From positions 1-64,000 of the forward strand of contig JBIOZG010000024.1 in assembly GCA_044870765.1 (NCBI GenBank): 64,000 bases of DNA. Direction: 5' to 3'. The translations under genes were made by a program, and so were the position numbers. The DNA comes from Nitrososphaeraceae archaeon. Its GTDB lineage: Archaea > Thermoproteota > Nitrososphaeria > Nitrososphaerales > Nitrososphaeraceae. Shown piece after piece: positions 41,078 through 51,588 of the stretch. The notes under the pieces were generated by a model. The model did no database searches. It was not told the DNA's origin and was given only the letters and a program-made list of their open reading frames with translations. Within the stretch, counting starts at the first letter, position 1. Every line of letters begins with the position of its first letter.

Positions 41078-41275
41078 ATGAAAAAAGAAAATATTCTGAT
41101 TCCAAAACCAAAAAGTAACTTTTTGTCCGTACAATGTACCAGTTGCCAGGAAAAGCAAGTCATTTTTTCCCACTCAACCAATGACATTAATTGCAAATCA
41201 TGTGGGAACCCAATATTGAAAAAGACTGGCGGAAGAGCGACAATCCTAGGAGAAATCATCGATACGCTTGATTGA
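41078..41275 (+). CDS. rps27e: 30S ribosomal protein S27e
   Basis: P.S.FL.V.C..C...Q.IFSH...C..CG....TGG.A. Confidence 0.96.
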   Translation: MKKENILIPKPKSNFLSVQCTSCQEKQVIFSHSTNDINCKSCGNPILKKTGGRATILGEIIDTLD

Positions 41276-41899
41276 ATTCTCAAGTAGGAAAAAATCTTCT
41301 TTTGTATTTATGTTAAATGCGATTCTTTCGTCGTTAAGTCTTAAATAATATTCTTTAATTCTTTTCCGAGTGTTCATTGTGGACGTATCAAAAATTGTTA
41401 CTCCGGAGTGAAAATATTCTTTGTTTCCTTGTTTTACTTTAAAACTTGGGAGCAGGCCAAGATTTGCAGTGTATTTCTTGTCCATTACTATTGAAATACA
41501 CTGTCTATCTCCTTTCCATTTAGAGACTATTCTCTTAATCAGGTCAGGAGTTACCAATGGCATATCGGAAGGGAAGACTAAAACAATAGAAGGTTTTAAT
41601 TTTTCCAACGCATACGTGAGATCCGTTGAATAATTCAAACCAGTTGTCTCCATGATCTCAAGTGTACCGCTGTGATAGTAATTGTGATTTTTCAAGAATT
41701 CCAAAGTAACTTTGCTATTGCGACTTGCGGCAGCGTAGATTCGGTCAAACTGCTTAGAAGTTTTCAACGATATCAGAACGTGTTCAATTAATGGCCTATT
41801 ATTAAACTTCAGCATAGATTTATCTGAACAAAAATCTTTTATTCTCTCACCTTTACCACCGCACATGATCAAAGCGAACATGTCTTGTGTCATTTTCAA
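41246..41899 (-). CDS. cobY: Adenosylcobinamide-phosphate guanylyltransferase (NTP transferase)
   Basis: MCGGKG.R....K, PSDMP, NINT; inside the cob operon. Confidence 0.85.
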   Translation of the reverse strand: MKMTQDMFALIMCGGKGERIKDFCSDKSMLKFNNRPLIEHVLISLKTSKQFDRIYAAASRNSKVTLEFLKNHNYYHSGTLEIMETTGLNYSTDLTYALEKLKPSIVLVFPSDMPLVTPDLIKRIVSKWKGDRQCISIVMDKKYTANLGLLPSFKVKQGNKEYFHSGVTIFDTSTMNTRKRIKEYYLRLNDERIAFNINTKEDFFLLENSIKRIDDFS

Positions 41900-42663
41900 A
41901 TTGTTATTGTAGATAATATCATTAATGATGCTAAGCGGGAAATTTCATTGGAAGCACCAAAGACATCACCACTCACTCCCCCAAAATTCCTGTAAGCCAC
42001 ACAGTAAATGATGAAACCGATAACTATTACGATTCCCAAAGTTAGTAGACCTGCAATACCTTGTAACAGGAAAACCAACACTATTGTGAGAATGATTGAT
42101 GTGATTATTTTGGATAATTTTTTCATTTCAATTGTGAATGGGGAGCTAAAACCAACCCATGCAGATTCACCCACAGACGCCTGCATTACCATGACATATT
42201 TTGCTATTACCTCCGATACAATAATAGCATAGAATAATCTGGTGGATGATTCAAAGTTTAATATGGCAATAAATAAACCTATGAAATTAATAATTAGAGC
42301 ACTAGCGCCTGCAGATCCTACTACCGGATCAGACATTGCTCTTCGCTTAGAATCTCTATCTCCTTTTACCATAACTCCATCAGAAAAATCAGCTAATCCA
42401 TCAATGTGATGAATGCCAGTAATCAGAACAAATGTTACCAATATAATGAAACTAGCAATATAATCTGGCAGGAATATTGACGCATAGAATCCTACTATTC
42501 CTATGATCAATCCAATCACTGCGCCGCAAATCGGAAAAAAATACATATTCCTTGCTATGACTCGTAAATCAAAGCCATACCTTGAAGTGGGAATAATTGT
42601 CAAGAAAGAGAGAGTAGAAATCAATGGCTCAAAAACCATACAAGAAGTCCCACCATCCGACAT
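41896..42663 (-). CDS. cobS: Adenosylcobinamide-GDP ribazoletransferase
   Basis: SFLTIIP, TGIHHIDGLADF.DG, MSDP.VG, GGVSGDVFGA. Confidence 0.95.
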   Translation of the reverse strand: MSDGGTSCMVFEPLISTLSFLTIIPTSRYGFDLRVIARNMYFFPICGAVIGLIIGIVGFYASIFLPDYIASFIILVTFVLITGIHHIDGLADFSDGVMVKGDRDSKRRAMSDPVVGSAGASALIINFIGLFIAILNFESSTRLFYAIIVSEVIAKYVMVMQASVGESAWVGFSSPFTIEMKKLSKIITSIILTIVLVFLLQGIAGLLTLGIVIVIGFIIYCVAYRNFGGVSGDVFGASNEISRLASLMILSTITI

Positions 42664-43600
42664 AGCATAAAAATAGTACCATTGGCAATGATATTATAAT
42701 AAAAAACAACAAAACTGATAACTTTACCATTGTTAATGCATTTTTGCATTTTTCAATTGAAAGCGGCTCTATATTTATACCCAATTCATAATAACCAACT
42801 TTTTCTAATCTCACTTTTAGGGCCCCGGCCAATGCCGACATTGGATATCCACCATTAACACTGGGTGTATTTTTGTGATCCTTCCGCATTATCTTCATTG
42901 AGTTTTTCCAGTCACCTCCAACCATCTTGGACGAAATAATTAACAATAACGCACAAATTCGAGCTGGCAGATAATTTGAAATAGTATCAAGCTTCGCTGC
43001 CATCCAGCCCATATGTTTGTGATGACTATCGGTATAACCAATCATGGAATCAAGCGTATTTATAATCCTAAAAGCAATCGCCCCCGGAGGGCCGAACAAC
43101 GAGTAATAAAATAATACTGATCCTATTCCATCAACCATATTTTCACCTATCGATTCTATCATGGCAGATAATATATGTTCTCTATCAAGAGTATCAGTCT
43201 GCCTTCCTACAATCAGTGAAAGAGTCTTTCTTGCTCCATCCAAATTTTTTTCTTCAAGTTTACAAATGATCGCTTGAACATGTCTTTCCAAAGTCAATAT
43301 CGCCATAGTAAACTTTAGTACCAATATCGAAAATATTATCAAAGCAAATATTCCAAATAATTTGTAAATGATACTTGAAAAATAATATGAAGCTAAAGAA
43401 ATACCAATTGCCAGCGTTAATGAAAAAATTATCCCGTTTAGTTTTTCTCGTTTGGGGTTATTGTCTTTTAATTTGGGTGTAAAATAGCTTACCAGTTTCC
43501 CAAACCATGAAACAGGATGAATCTTATTGGGAGGATCTACAAAAAGGAATGAGAGGCCAGTGCCAGCTGCAAGTGTTAATAAAATGAATTCAGAATCCAT
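42629..43600 (-). CDS. cbiB: Adenosylcobinamide-phosphate synthase
   Basis: DPP..HPV, IVGR.T, ES..EN..DG, NTLDSMIGY. Confidence 0.95.
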   Translation of the reverse strand: MDSEFILLTLAAGTGLSFLFVDPPNKIHPVSWFGKLVSYFTPKLKDNNPKREKLNGIIFSLTLAIGISLASYYFSSIIYKLFGIFALIIFSILVLKFTMAILTLERHVQAIICKLEEKNLDGARKTLSLIVGRQTDTLDREHILSAMIESIGENMVDGIGSVLFYYSLFGPPGAIAFRIINTLDSMIGYTDSHHKHMGWMAAKLDTISNYLPARICALLLIISSKMVGGDWKNSMKIMRKDHKNTPSVNGGYPMSALAGALKVRLEKVGYYELGINIEPLSIEKCKNALTMVKLSVLLFFIIISLPMVLFLCYVGWWDFLYGF

Positions 43601-43603
43601 TAG

Positions 43604-44458
43604 TCATTTCATTTTTAAAACATTTAGGAGATATTGTATGTCGATGTTATTTTTAACGGTATACGCAACGAAGTCAATTTGTTCGTCAAGGTAACTCTTG
43701 GTATATGATGACTTTGATCTCTTTTGATCCAATGAATCCTCATTTGGAATATCGAATTCTGTTTTTGTAATTACTCCCAAGACTTTTTTTCTGGTCATCT
43801 TTTCGACTGAAATGATGCCTTTAGTTAATATAGATTTTTGACCCAAAAACTTGTTAATTATCACTCCTCTTACATATTTCCTTTGTCTAGAGGGAAGTAA
43901 CTTTATCGTTCCTACAATTGAAGCGAAGCATCCTCCACGTTCAATATCTGCTACCAAAATTACGTTTGAATTAGTTTTCTCGGCAAGAACCATGTTTGCA
44001 ATATCATATTGTGATAAATTAATTTCAGCAGGTGATCCTGCACCCTCTATTACAATCAAATCATTGTCCTTCCGAAGACTTTCTAAATCTTGCAGAACTT
44101 TTGGAAATCCTTTTTGGAGAACGAATCTACTGTAGTATTCGTCTGCACTCAAACACAAATTTTTCAGTCCTCCCAAAATTATTTCGCTAACCTCATTACC
44201 AAGCGGTCTCAACAGTATTGGATTCATTTTAATATCAGGTTCGATTCTAGCAGCTACTGCTTGAACAGCCTGTATTCTTGCCATTAATTTGATTGATTTT
44301 TTTTCTTTAAGCAGGTAGAAATTGGAAGTCATGTTTTGTGCCTTAAATGGGCAAACCTTGTAACCCATGTCGGAAAATATTCTGCAAAAGGCTATTACCA
44401 AAGTACTCTTTCCGGCACCCGATGAAGTCCCTTGTATCATTAGGAGTTTTGCTGTCAT
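43604..44458 (-). CDS. cbiP: Cobyric acid synthase, synthetase domain only
   Basis: QGTSS.AGKS, PFKAQNM, EGAGSPAEINL, DIERGG, INKF; ends shortly after EDS. Confidence 0.9.
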   Translation of the reverse strand: MTAKLLMIQGTSSGAGKSTLVIAFCRIFSDMGYKVCPFKAQNMTSNFYLLKEKKSIKLMARIQAVQAVAARIEPDIKMNPILLRPLGNEVSEIILGGLKNLCLSADEYYSRFVLQKGFPKVLQDLESLRKDNDLIVIEGAGSPAEINLSQYDIANMVLAEKTNSNVILVADIERGGCFASIVGTIKLLPSRQRKYVRGVIINKFLGQKSILTKGIISVEKMTRKKVLGVITKTEFDIPNEDSLDQKRSKSSYTKSYLDEQIDFVAYTVKNNIDIQYLLNVLKMK

Positions 44459-45528
44459 TTGTCAATCGACTCCAACGAATCAAATAGTTCTAAATTTTCA
44501 CTGTGTGTCTTTACGGCTACTCTAATGCACATGTTCTTATCTTTCAAGCCAGTGAAGTTACTGCAATCCCTAACGAGTATACCCTTTTTTTCGAGCAAAA
44601 AATCTCCAAGTTTCTTAGAGCTAACATGATGCGACTTTATCAAATAGAAATTTACATCGGACTTACTTGCGGAAAAGGAGCTCAGATTATTATTTATTCT
44701 AGAATACATGAATTCTCGTTCAGATTTTATGATTTTTTTCGCAGCCCTTAGATGAGAAAGATGATCTAGAGCAGTAACGCCTGCTAACTGCGCTAATCCG
44801 TTCACATTCCAGGTTATCTTATTACGCGAAATTCTACTTGCAATGTTAGGATGCGAGACACAATATCCCAACCTCAAACCCGCAAGCCCAAATGATTTTG
44901 TCAATGAACGTAAGACAACTATATTTTGAAATTCATTAACTTTTTCAATAAAACTCCTTGGGTGTTTACCCTCATCAACGAATTCAATAAAACTTTCATC
45001 AACGAGTATCATTTTGGATTTGTCTATCTTTTCTACTAACTTTTCAATAATATCGTAGGAAAAAAGACCTGTTGGATTATTTGGATTGCAGAAAAAGATT
45101 GCGTCAGAGTTCTTTGATTTTTGCAACACCCTTTCAATGTCTAGTTGCCGATTATTTATGGCGACGTGTTTTATTTTGGCCCCAATCTTCCTTGCTGCTA
45201 CCTCATACTCGCAAAATGTTGGTGATTGTATGACAACTTGATTGTGGACGAAAGTTCTGACAAAATTATAAATTAATTCAGTAGCTCCATTTCCAATGTT
45301 AATAGATTCCTGCGATATTTGGTCATCAAGATAGTCGACTATTTTTTTTCTTAAGGCTGTATGTTCATTATCAGGATATATTGATGAAATTCTTGGAAGG
45401 TTTTTTCGCAACACATTCAAAACTTTTTTCGATATTCCTAATGGATTGATATTGGAACTGAAATCAATTCTTACTAAGCTTGGGTTTACAGTGTATATCC
45501 CGCCATGAGTGCATGAGTATTGAATCAT
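44455..45528 (-). CDS. cobD: L-threonine-O-3-phosphate decarboxylase (class I/II PLP enzyme)
   Basis: HGG...DFSSNINPLG, CNPNNPTG, SLTKSFGLAGLRLGY, RDCSNF. Confidence 0.88.
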   Translation of the reverse strand: MIQYSCTHGGIYTVNPSLVRIDFSSNINPLGISKKVLNVLRKNLPRISSIYPDNEHTALRKKIVDYLDDQISQESINIGNGATELIYNFVRTFVHNQVVIQSPTFCEYEVAARKIGAKIKHVAINNRQLDIERVLQKSKNSDAIFFCNPNNPTGLFSYDIIEKLVEKIDKSKMILVDESFIEFVDEGKHPRSFIEKVNEFQNIVVLRSLTKSFGLAGLRLGYCVSHPNIASRISRNKITWNVNGLAQLAGVTALDHLSHLRAAKKIIKSEREFMYSRINNNLSSFSASKSDVNFYLIKSHHVSSKKLGDFLLEKKGILVRDCSNFTGLKDKNMCIRVAVKTHSENLELFDSLESIDK

Positions 45529-45622
45529 TTAAAATCCATATGCGGAGCTATATAACAGGACTGGATAATATTATGTTTATTCTGAAAACGAATATTAGTT
45601 GCGTTTTGATTAACGGCACATT

Positions 45623-46699
45623 ATGTTAAAAGTTGCAGTAATAGGAGCTACAGGAGCTGTAGGTCAAGAATTTGTAATTGCTCTCAATAAACATCCATGG
45701 TTCGAACTAGTTCAAATTGCATCCTCAGAGAGATCTGCTGGGAAGAAATACATCGATGCGCTCAGGGATCCAAATACTTCGCTCCTCAAATGGCATAGCA
45801 AGGAAAAAATTCCTGACACTGTTCGAGAAATGGTTCTTAATCGAGTTGATGAAATAAATCCAAAAAATCTAGATTTGATTTTTACCGCACTAGAGTCAGA
45901 AGATGCTCAGATTATCGAACCAAAGATGGCTTCTGCAGTCCCTGTAATAAGTACGGCTGCTGCATTCAGATATGAAGATGATGTCCCCATACTCATACCA
46001 GGAATTAACGACGATCACTGTGATTTGTTGAATATTCAAAAGAAGAATAGAAAATGGGATGGCTTTATTGCCCCATTACCTAACTGTACTACAACTGGTA
46101 TGGCTATAACCCTCAAACCGTTATTGGACGAAATGGGCTTGCAAAGTGTATTTATGACATCAATGCAGGCACTGTCTGGAGCAGGCAGATCTCCGGGCGT
46201 GATAGCGTTGGATATAATGGACAATGTAATTCCTTACATTCCAAAGGAAGAGGAAAAAGTTCAAGTCGAAACAAAAAAGATCCTGGGAAAGTTTGATGGC
46301 AATTCGATAATCAATGCACCTATAAAGGTAAGTTGTACGTGCACACGTGTGCCTGTAATGGATGGACACACTGAAACCGTTTTTGCTCAACTTGAAAAAA
46401 CTGCATTACCTGACAAGGTAAAAGAAACTATGATTAATTTTTCCAAATCAGTGTCAATAAGGAATCTGCCTTCCGCGCCAGAAGAGTACATCATTGTCCA
46501 TGATGACCCTACTAGACCACAACCGAGAATTGACAGAGAAATTAACGATGGAATGACAACAGTTGTTGGAAGATTACGAAAGGATACTGTGTTTGAGAAT
46601 GGTATAAAGTATGTTCTCCTGACACACAATGAAAAAATGGGCTCTGCAAAGGGCGCTGTACTTCTAGCTGAGATGTTTAAATCGAAAAAAATTATTTGA
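45623..46699 (+). CDS. asd: Aspartate-semialdehyde dehydrogenase
   Basis: GATGAVGQ, PNCTT, QALSGAG, RVPV.DGH. Confidence 0.97.
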   Translation: MLKVAVIGATGAVGQEFVIALNKHPWFELVQIASSERSAGKKYIDALRDPNTSLLKWHSKEKIPDTVREMVLNRVDEINPKNLDLIFTALESEDAQIIEPKMASAVPVISTAAAFRYEDDVPILIPGINDDHCDLLNIQKKNRKWDGFIAPLPNCTTTGMAITLKPLLDEMGLQSVFMTSMQALSGAGRSPGVIALDIMDNVIPYIPKEEEKVQVETKKILGKFDGNSIINAPIKVSCTCTRVPVMDGHTETVFAQLEKTALPDKVKETMINFSKSVSIRNLPSAPEEYIIVHDDPTRPQPRIDREINDGMTTVVGRLRKDTVFENGIKYVLLTHNEKMGSAKGAVLLAEMFKSKKII

Positions 46700-46777
46700 A
46701 TATAACATTATTGACAAAAAAATTGTATAAAATTGAAATTAATACATTTATTAACCTCAAAATTTACGATATAATTA

Positions 46778-47260
46778 GTGGTTTCTATGTATAAAATAGA
46801 CGATTTAGATCTCAAAATTTTGGAGGAGCTATCAAATGACGCCTCTATTTCGGTTCCTAGGCTTTCGAGAAAAATCAACATCAACGCGTCGGTAGTCTAC
46901 AGCAGAATAAAGAGATTAGTAAAGAGAGGAATAATTCGAAAATTCACTATATTGATGAATGATGAGGCATTAGGATTTAACGTAAAGGCACTTACAGGCA
47001 TAAACATGGATTCGAAATTAAGAGATAATGTATTGAATGAATTATTCCGGATTCCAGGCGTAACTGAAGTTTCCGAGGTTACAGGCAGATTCGATATACT
47101 AGTAACAATGAATTCTCACTCTCTGGATGAAATGCACCAGTTGATATCAGAACGAGTTGGGCGCATTGAAGGAGTCCAAAAAACAGAAACATTCATTGAA
47201 ATGAGAAAAACGACTAGGGAAATACCTATTCCACCAAAAGAAGAAGAGGAAGACGAATAG
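46778..47260 (+). CDS. Lrp/AsnC family transcription regulator
   Basis: DDLD.KIL..L..DA, RIKRL...GII, VTGRFD. Confidence 0.93.
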   Translation: MVSMYKIDDLDLKILEELSNDASISVPRLSRKININASVVYSRIKRLVKRGIIRKFTILMNDEALGFNVKALTGINMDSKLRDNVLNELFRIPGVTEVSEVTGRFDILVTMNSHSLDEMHQLISERVGRIEGVQKTETFIEMRKTTREIPIPPKEEEEDE

Positions 47261-47435
47261 GAATTAGTTCAAATAATTAGTCAAATCCTAACTGCAAATA
47301 TATTTACCAATTATAGATACAATTATGCGTCTTGATTCTAATAAGTGCAGTTTCGAATATATAGACGTTGTTCTAAACGTTGGAAACTAAATCCTTTAAT
47401 TGGAACAAACGTCTGTTACAGCGTAATAAAAACCA

Positions 47436-47825
47436 TCAGGTATTTGGTTTAGTACCCATGTTTCCAGTTGGTCCTTGTCCCATACGAATCATCTCGTTTA
47501 TTTTGTTTTCAACTTCCTTTAGATTCTCTTTTACTCTTGTTTCTTGTTTACCGAGGACCACAAGCCTAGTGTTGGCAAGATCTTTCTTTTCATCTAGCTC
47601 CTTTAGTGTTTCATCTTTTTTGGTTTTAATTAATAGTGGACCAACGCTTTTGTAAACTGCTTCATCCTCCTCTGATTTCTTGAGTTCCTCCGTAGCTTTC
47701 TCTATCTCTATAGATTCTGCTTCCAGTTGTTGTTTCTGCATCATTATTGCTTGCAAATTTTGTTGTAGTTGTTGCAACCTGGTAAGTTGTTCTCTTAACC
47801 ATGGGGGTAATTCCTGTTCACTCAT
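47436..47825 (-). CDS. pfdB: Prefoldin beta subunit
   Basis: Coiled coils with VYKSVG.LLI. Confidence 0.95.
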   Translation of the reverse strand: MSEQELPPWLREQLTRLQQLQQNLQAIMMQKQQLEAESIEIEKATEELKKSEEDEAVYKSVGPLLIKTKKDETLKELDEKKDLANTRLVVLGKQETRVKENLKEVENKINEMIRMGQGPTGNMGTKPNT

Positions 47826-47867
47826 TTCTGATTACTTTTAGCTTTACCACCATAAATCTATAACGTT

Positions 47868-48131
47868 TCATAAATTTAGAGACAAATACGATAGATTCAA
47901 CAATCTAATAAACGTGTTAACAATGGCTCGCAATGATTGTATATCTGATGCACTGATATCGACAAAAATTGCACCATTCCTTGCATAAACTCTTATCTCT
48001 TCACTGCTGGTTAAAAATCTGGTTTCAGGTTGCAGTGCAGAAGTTATAGCATTTCCGATTCTAAAAGATAATTCGGGCGAAACGTTATCTATTGTGACCT
48101 GTATTCTAATATTTGCTCTTGGCCCTTTCAA
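47868..48131 (-). CDS. pcc1: KEOPS subunit Pcc1
   Basis: ALQPE and I.A.D..SLRA..NT..RL; canonical position between rpl37ae and pfdB. Confidence 0.85.
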   Translation of the reverse strand: MKGPRANIRIQVTIDNVSPELSFRIGNAITSALQPETRFLTSSEEIRVYARNGAIFVDISASDIQSLRAIVNTFIRLLNLSYLSLNL

Positions 48132-48357
48132 AGTTTACATCATATGTGCCGGCAGCTACTTTATAGTTGCATTTTGTACAGTACCAAATTCCCATTACTA
48201 TCCTATCAAATTTTACTGATCCGCATTTAGGGCATAGTCTCTTTTTCTTCAAGACCCTGTAAATCTTTCCATATCTCTTCCTAAGCGTGGCACCATATTT
48301 TACACCCAAACCTTTAAGTCGGGCTATTTTGTGTTTATTTCTACTAACCAAGATCAA
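48106..48357 (-). CDS. rpl37ae: 50S ribosomal protein L37ae
   Basis: GVKYGATLRK, CPKCG, GIWYC.KC, AAG.Y. Confidence 0.95.
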   Translation of the reverse strand: MILVSRNKHKIARLKGLGVKYGATLRKRYGKIYRVLKKKRLCPKCGSVKFDRIVMGIWYCTKCNYKVAAGTYDVNFERAKSKY

Positions 48358-49168
48358 TCAATCCCTTTAATTTCTCTCTAACTTCTGCGCCCTTGATTCT
48401 TGCTCTTTCTGCAATACTCTTCACCTCATCTACCGAAAAGTATCCTTTTAATCCTTTTTGCATTGCAACTATTGAACCATTTGAGTTTGTGTTAATCGTT
48501 AGTCTTGCATCCATACACGCTTCTTCCTCAGTATCTGGATCCAATAGCAAATTTTCACCAATTTTAACTGTCGTGACAGAAACGGGTATAGTAGTAATTG
48601 GGGGGTCCTGAGTTTTTCCTGTATCGATGACTTTGTCATCTTTAATTTCAAACACAGGTAATTTACAACTGGTTAAAGCAGCTACTACGGCATAAGACGT
48701 TGCATCAAAAAGGTTACCATCTACGTTGATAATGCTGCAGTCCACGAAAATGGTGTAAACAACTTTTCCTGGAATCAAGACCAACTTACTCAAGTCTAAC
48801 ATTTCGGATTCTCTAACTCCTCTATCAACTACCCTAGCAAGCTCAATAGTCTCTTCGTCAGGTGGACCTGGTTCAATGTGAGGAGATGCTATTGGGAGCA
48901 CTTCGGCAGTAATTATCATAGCACCACTATTTTCTAGTCCCTCGAAAGGTTCACCAGTCTCTACTTTTATACCTGCTACAACTTCTGTTTTGCCTAATTT
49001 TACCCATGCTGATCCGCTGGCCTTTTTAATGACATCTAATTCAACCTCTAGTGGCCTTATTTCATCTAAGCTACGCCCATCCAACCGCTTGCCAGATGAA
49101 ATAGATTCTCTCATCTGTCTTTTCCGTAGATTTTCTACAATTATGGTAGATTTTCTTGATATACTCAT
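48344..49168 (-). CDS. rrp42: Exosome subunit Rrp42
   Basis: RNase PH fold; R.DGR, EPGPPDE..IELARVVDRG.RES. Confidence 0.96.
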   Translation of the reverse strand: MSISRKSTIIVENLRKRQMRESISSGKRLDGRSLDEIRPLEVELDVIKKASGSAWVKLGKTEVVAGIKVETGEPFEGLENSGAMIITAEVLPIASPHIEPGPPDEETIELARVVDRGVRESEMLDLSKLVLIPGKVVYTIFVDCSIINVDGNLFDATSYAVVAALTSCKLPVFEIKDDKVIDTGKTQDPPITTIPVSVTTVKIGENLLLDPDTEEEACMDARLTINTNSNGSIVAMQKGLKGYFSVDEVKSIAERARIKGAEVREKLKGLIDLG

Positions 49169-49902
49169 TATTCTTTCAACCCCTTTTCATCGCCAAAGTA
49201 CTTTTCCATTAAAGAGGAACGTTGTATTTCATATACTTTCATACATCCGCGAATTCCTTCATCCAAACAAGTATTAAATTGTTCAGGAGTCAATTCTCCA
49301 TCGAGTTGAAGAAGTGTGATTTTCTTTAAATTTGGCATAAATGCTACCGGCATATCAGCTCCTCCCTCTTTATCTTCTGTGTCATTAATATCAATCACTA
49401 TCTTGTCATCCACCTTTCCTGCGGCGCAAGCTGAAACCATATCACGCATATTTATTCCTGCATCTGCCAATGCTACAGAAGCGGCCGTAATGCCGGCACA
49501 TCGTGAACCACCGTCTGCTTGCAAAACTTCAATAAAGACATCAATAGCAGCTCGAGGATAATCTTCAAGAATTAAGGCCGGTTCCAACGCCTCTCGAATA
49601 ACCTTTGAAATTTCAGTTTCTCTTCTAGACGGTGCCGGACTTTTGCGAGTGTCTGTCGAAAACGGAGACATATGATATCTACATCTTACAACGCATCGAT
49701 CAGACAATGCCATGTGCTTTGGGTGAACTTCCCTAGGACCGTAGACGGCTGCAATAATCTTGTTTTTCCCGAATTCTATAAGCGCAGAACCATCGGCATT
49801 CCTTATGATTCCAACGTTTATCTTTATCTGCCTTAATTCATCAATTATTCTTCCATCGCTTCTCTTTCCGTTTTTGTCTATAAGGGTTCTACTTTGAACC
49901 AT
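49168..49902 (-). CDS. rrp41: Exosome subunit Rrp41
   Basis: [24 protein letters not shown]. Confidence 0.97.
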   Translation of the reverse strand: MVQSRTLIDKNGKRSDGRIIDELRQIKINVGIIRNADGSALIEFGKNKIIAAVYGPREVHPKHMALSDRCVVRCRYHMSPFSTDTRKSPAPSRRETEISKVIREALEPALILEDYPRAAIDVFIEVLQADGGSRCAGITAASVALADAGINMRDMVSACAAGKVDDKIVIDINDTEDKEGGADMPVAFMPNLKKITLLQLDGELTPEQFNTCLDEGIRGCMKVYEIQRSSLMEKYFGDEKGLKE

Positions 49903-50710
49903 TTGGATTCACCACTCCCATTTCACTATTAATATTATTCGAAATAGATTTTTCATCTGAACCTGTTGTTTCATTAGCTTCGTTGCTAGTCTGAGAATCA
50001 TCATCCCCTGCAATCTCTGATTCTGGTACATTCAATAGTTGCTTTATTCTCTGCGTTAGGTTTGATGTATGTGCTTCCACTTCTACAATGTGAATTGCAT
50101 TTATCGCAAGTGTAACACCTTCCTTATCCTTCCCAGATACCACAATTATTCCATTTTGACCTATTGTTATCCTTGTAGAACTTGCCTGTTCGATAGTTTG
50201 AATCATTGATCCTCTTTTTCCTATAAGTCTAGGCACACGAGTTGGTGATATTTTTAACAATTCACCTGTTGGTATTTTCCCCAAGTCTTTATCTTGAATC
50301 GTTAGAATCGGATCTCGCGTCCTGTCAAAAATCGCAATTCTAGCAACAATTACATCACCTGTTGATAACTGAAGTCCCATGTCATCATGTGCAGGAGAAA
50401 AATCTCTCCCGAATATATCTTGTGCAGGCAAATGGGCAGCAAAACTTGAGTTAATATCGACAGACCAAGAGAGCGAAGAATGATCTAGTATTTTACCTAT
50501 TACGATATCATTTGCCCTCGGAAAATAAATGCCCGACAACGGGATTACCTTGGCGCCCTCATTATTTGATTCGGTAATCCCAATTCGCGTTGCTACAATT
50601 GAATTTCCATTCCTAAATACATTAACCAGTGCTCGTAAATTTCCTTCGGCTACAATATCGCCCGGAATAACGTATTTTCTTTTAACATCCTGCATAGAGT
50701 AATCCTCCAA
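49889..50710 (-). CDS. rrp4: Exosome RNA-binding subunit Rrp4
   Basis: V.PGD, S1 domain, KH motif [15 protein letters not shown]. Confidence 0.96.
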   Translation of the reverse strand: MEDYSMQDVKRKYVIPGDIVAEGNLRALVNVFRNGNSIVATRIGITESNNEGAKVIPLSGIYFPRANDIVIGKILDHSSLSWSVDINSSFAAHLPAQDIFGRDFSPAHDDMGLQLSTGDVIVARIAIFDRTRDPILTIQDKDLGKIPTGELLKISPTRVPRLIGKRGSMIQTIEQASSTRITIGQNGIIVVSGKDKEGVTLAINAIHIVEVEAHTSNLTQRIKQLLNVPESEIAGDDDSQTSNEANETTGSDEKSISNNINSEMGVVNPNGSK

Positions 50711-50804
50711 AACAAGAATTCAAAAATCCCTTATCCATAATTCTCCCTTTTTGGGAAGATAGCACAGACTTATATTTTAAGTGTGACGAAAGAAAATAGA
50801 GTTG

Positions 50805-51491
50805 TCATTTCTCTATGACCTGGGCTGAACCCTTGGTTGCGGTTCCAATTCGGTCGAGAAATGAGCTCTTCATGCCAGCGTTGATACTTAAAATAACCTG
50901 TAATGAACCATCAGAAAGCCATTGTTCTGATTTTATTTCGCCAATGGTTTTGAATACACTAAAGGATTGTCCCGAAAATTGAGCAGGTACGGTTACAGTT
51001 AGTTCTAATATCTCAGATTTTAGGGGTATTATTTTTCTTAAAGATTCAATGATATTCTTGAGTTGATCGTCTAATCTTTTGAACGGATCAATTGCTACTC
51101 GCGCCTCATCAAGCACGGCGTTAATCCTAGAGATCGGATGCGGCATGTGGCTTTTGGGGTCTACAAAATTCTTGTTGATATATTCAACAATCTGTCTCTT
51201 CTTCTCTTCAATCATCTTTCTTCGTTGATCAGTATTCAAATTTAGATCCCCTTTGTCCATGATTTGCTTTGCGATTTCTAATTGATCTGTTGTCTTGAAA
51301 TGCTTCATTAACTTCTCAGAGGAGCATCTAGTCCCTTTATTAGCATCTAAGTATATCTCATCTGAAATCATAATATTTGAAATATCCATTTTTTTACCTA
51401 GTTTATACTCTAATGCAGAGTCGGGCTTAACCAAGATTTCAAATTTATCATTTCCCGTACTATATCTGACGATTGTAAATTTATCGGTCAT
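50805..51491 (-). CDS. Ribosome maturation protein SBDS/Sdo1
   Basis: FEILV.P, DA.KG, QRR.M.EEK, DP....PHP.RI. Confidence 0.95.
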   Translation of the reverse strand: MTDKFTIVRYSTGNDKFEILVKPDSALEYKLGKKMDISNIMISDEIYLDANKGTRCSSEKLMKHFKTTDQLEIAKQIMDKGDLNLNTDQRRKMIEEKKRQIVEYINKNFVDPKSHMPHPISRINAVLDEARVAIDPFKRLDDQLKNIIESLRKIIPLKSEILELTVTVPAQFSGQSFSVFKTIGEIKSEQWLSDGSLQVILSINAGMKSSFLDRIGTATKGSAQVIEK

Positions 51492-51553
51492 GTTAGTGCT
51501 ATTATTTGAATATATTTAAGCCTACAAATGAAAATTTTATTATTATATTGAGT

Positions 51554-51588
51554 GAGAGAAAAATAAAAAAATTGGAAAAAAGAGAAAG
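51554..51588 (-). terminator. Oligo-T terminator tract after amt
   Basis: Several T5-T7 runs on the minus strand immediately after the amt stop. Confidence 0.5.

Noticed and set aside
41246-41275. 30-nt convergent overlap of rps27e and cobY
   Set aside because: Short 3' overlaps are common in compact archaeal genomes; no evidence of function.
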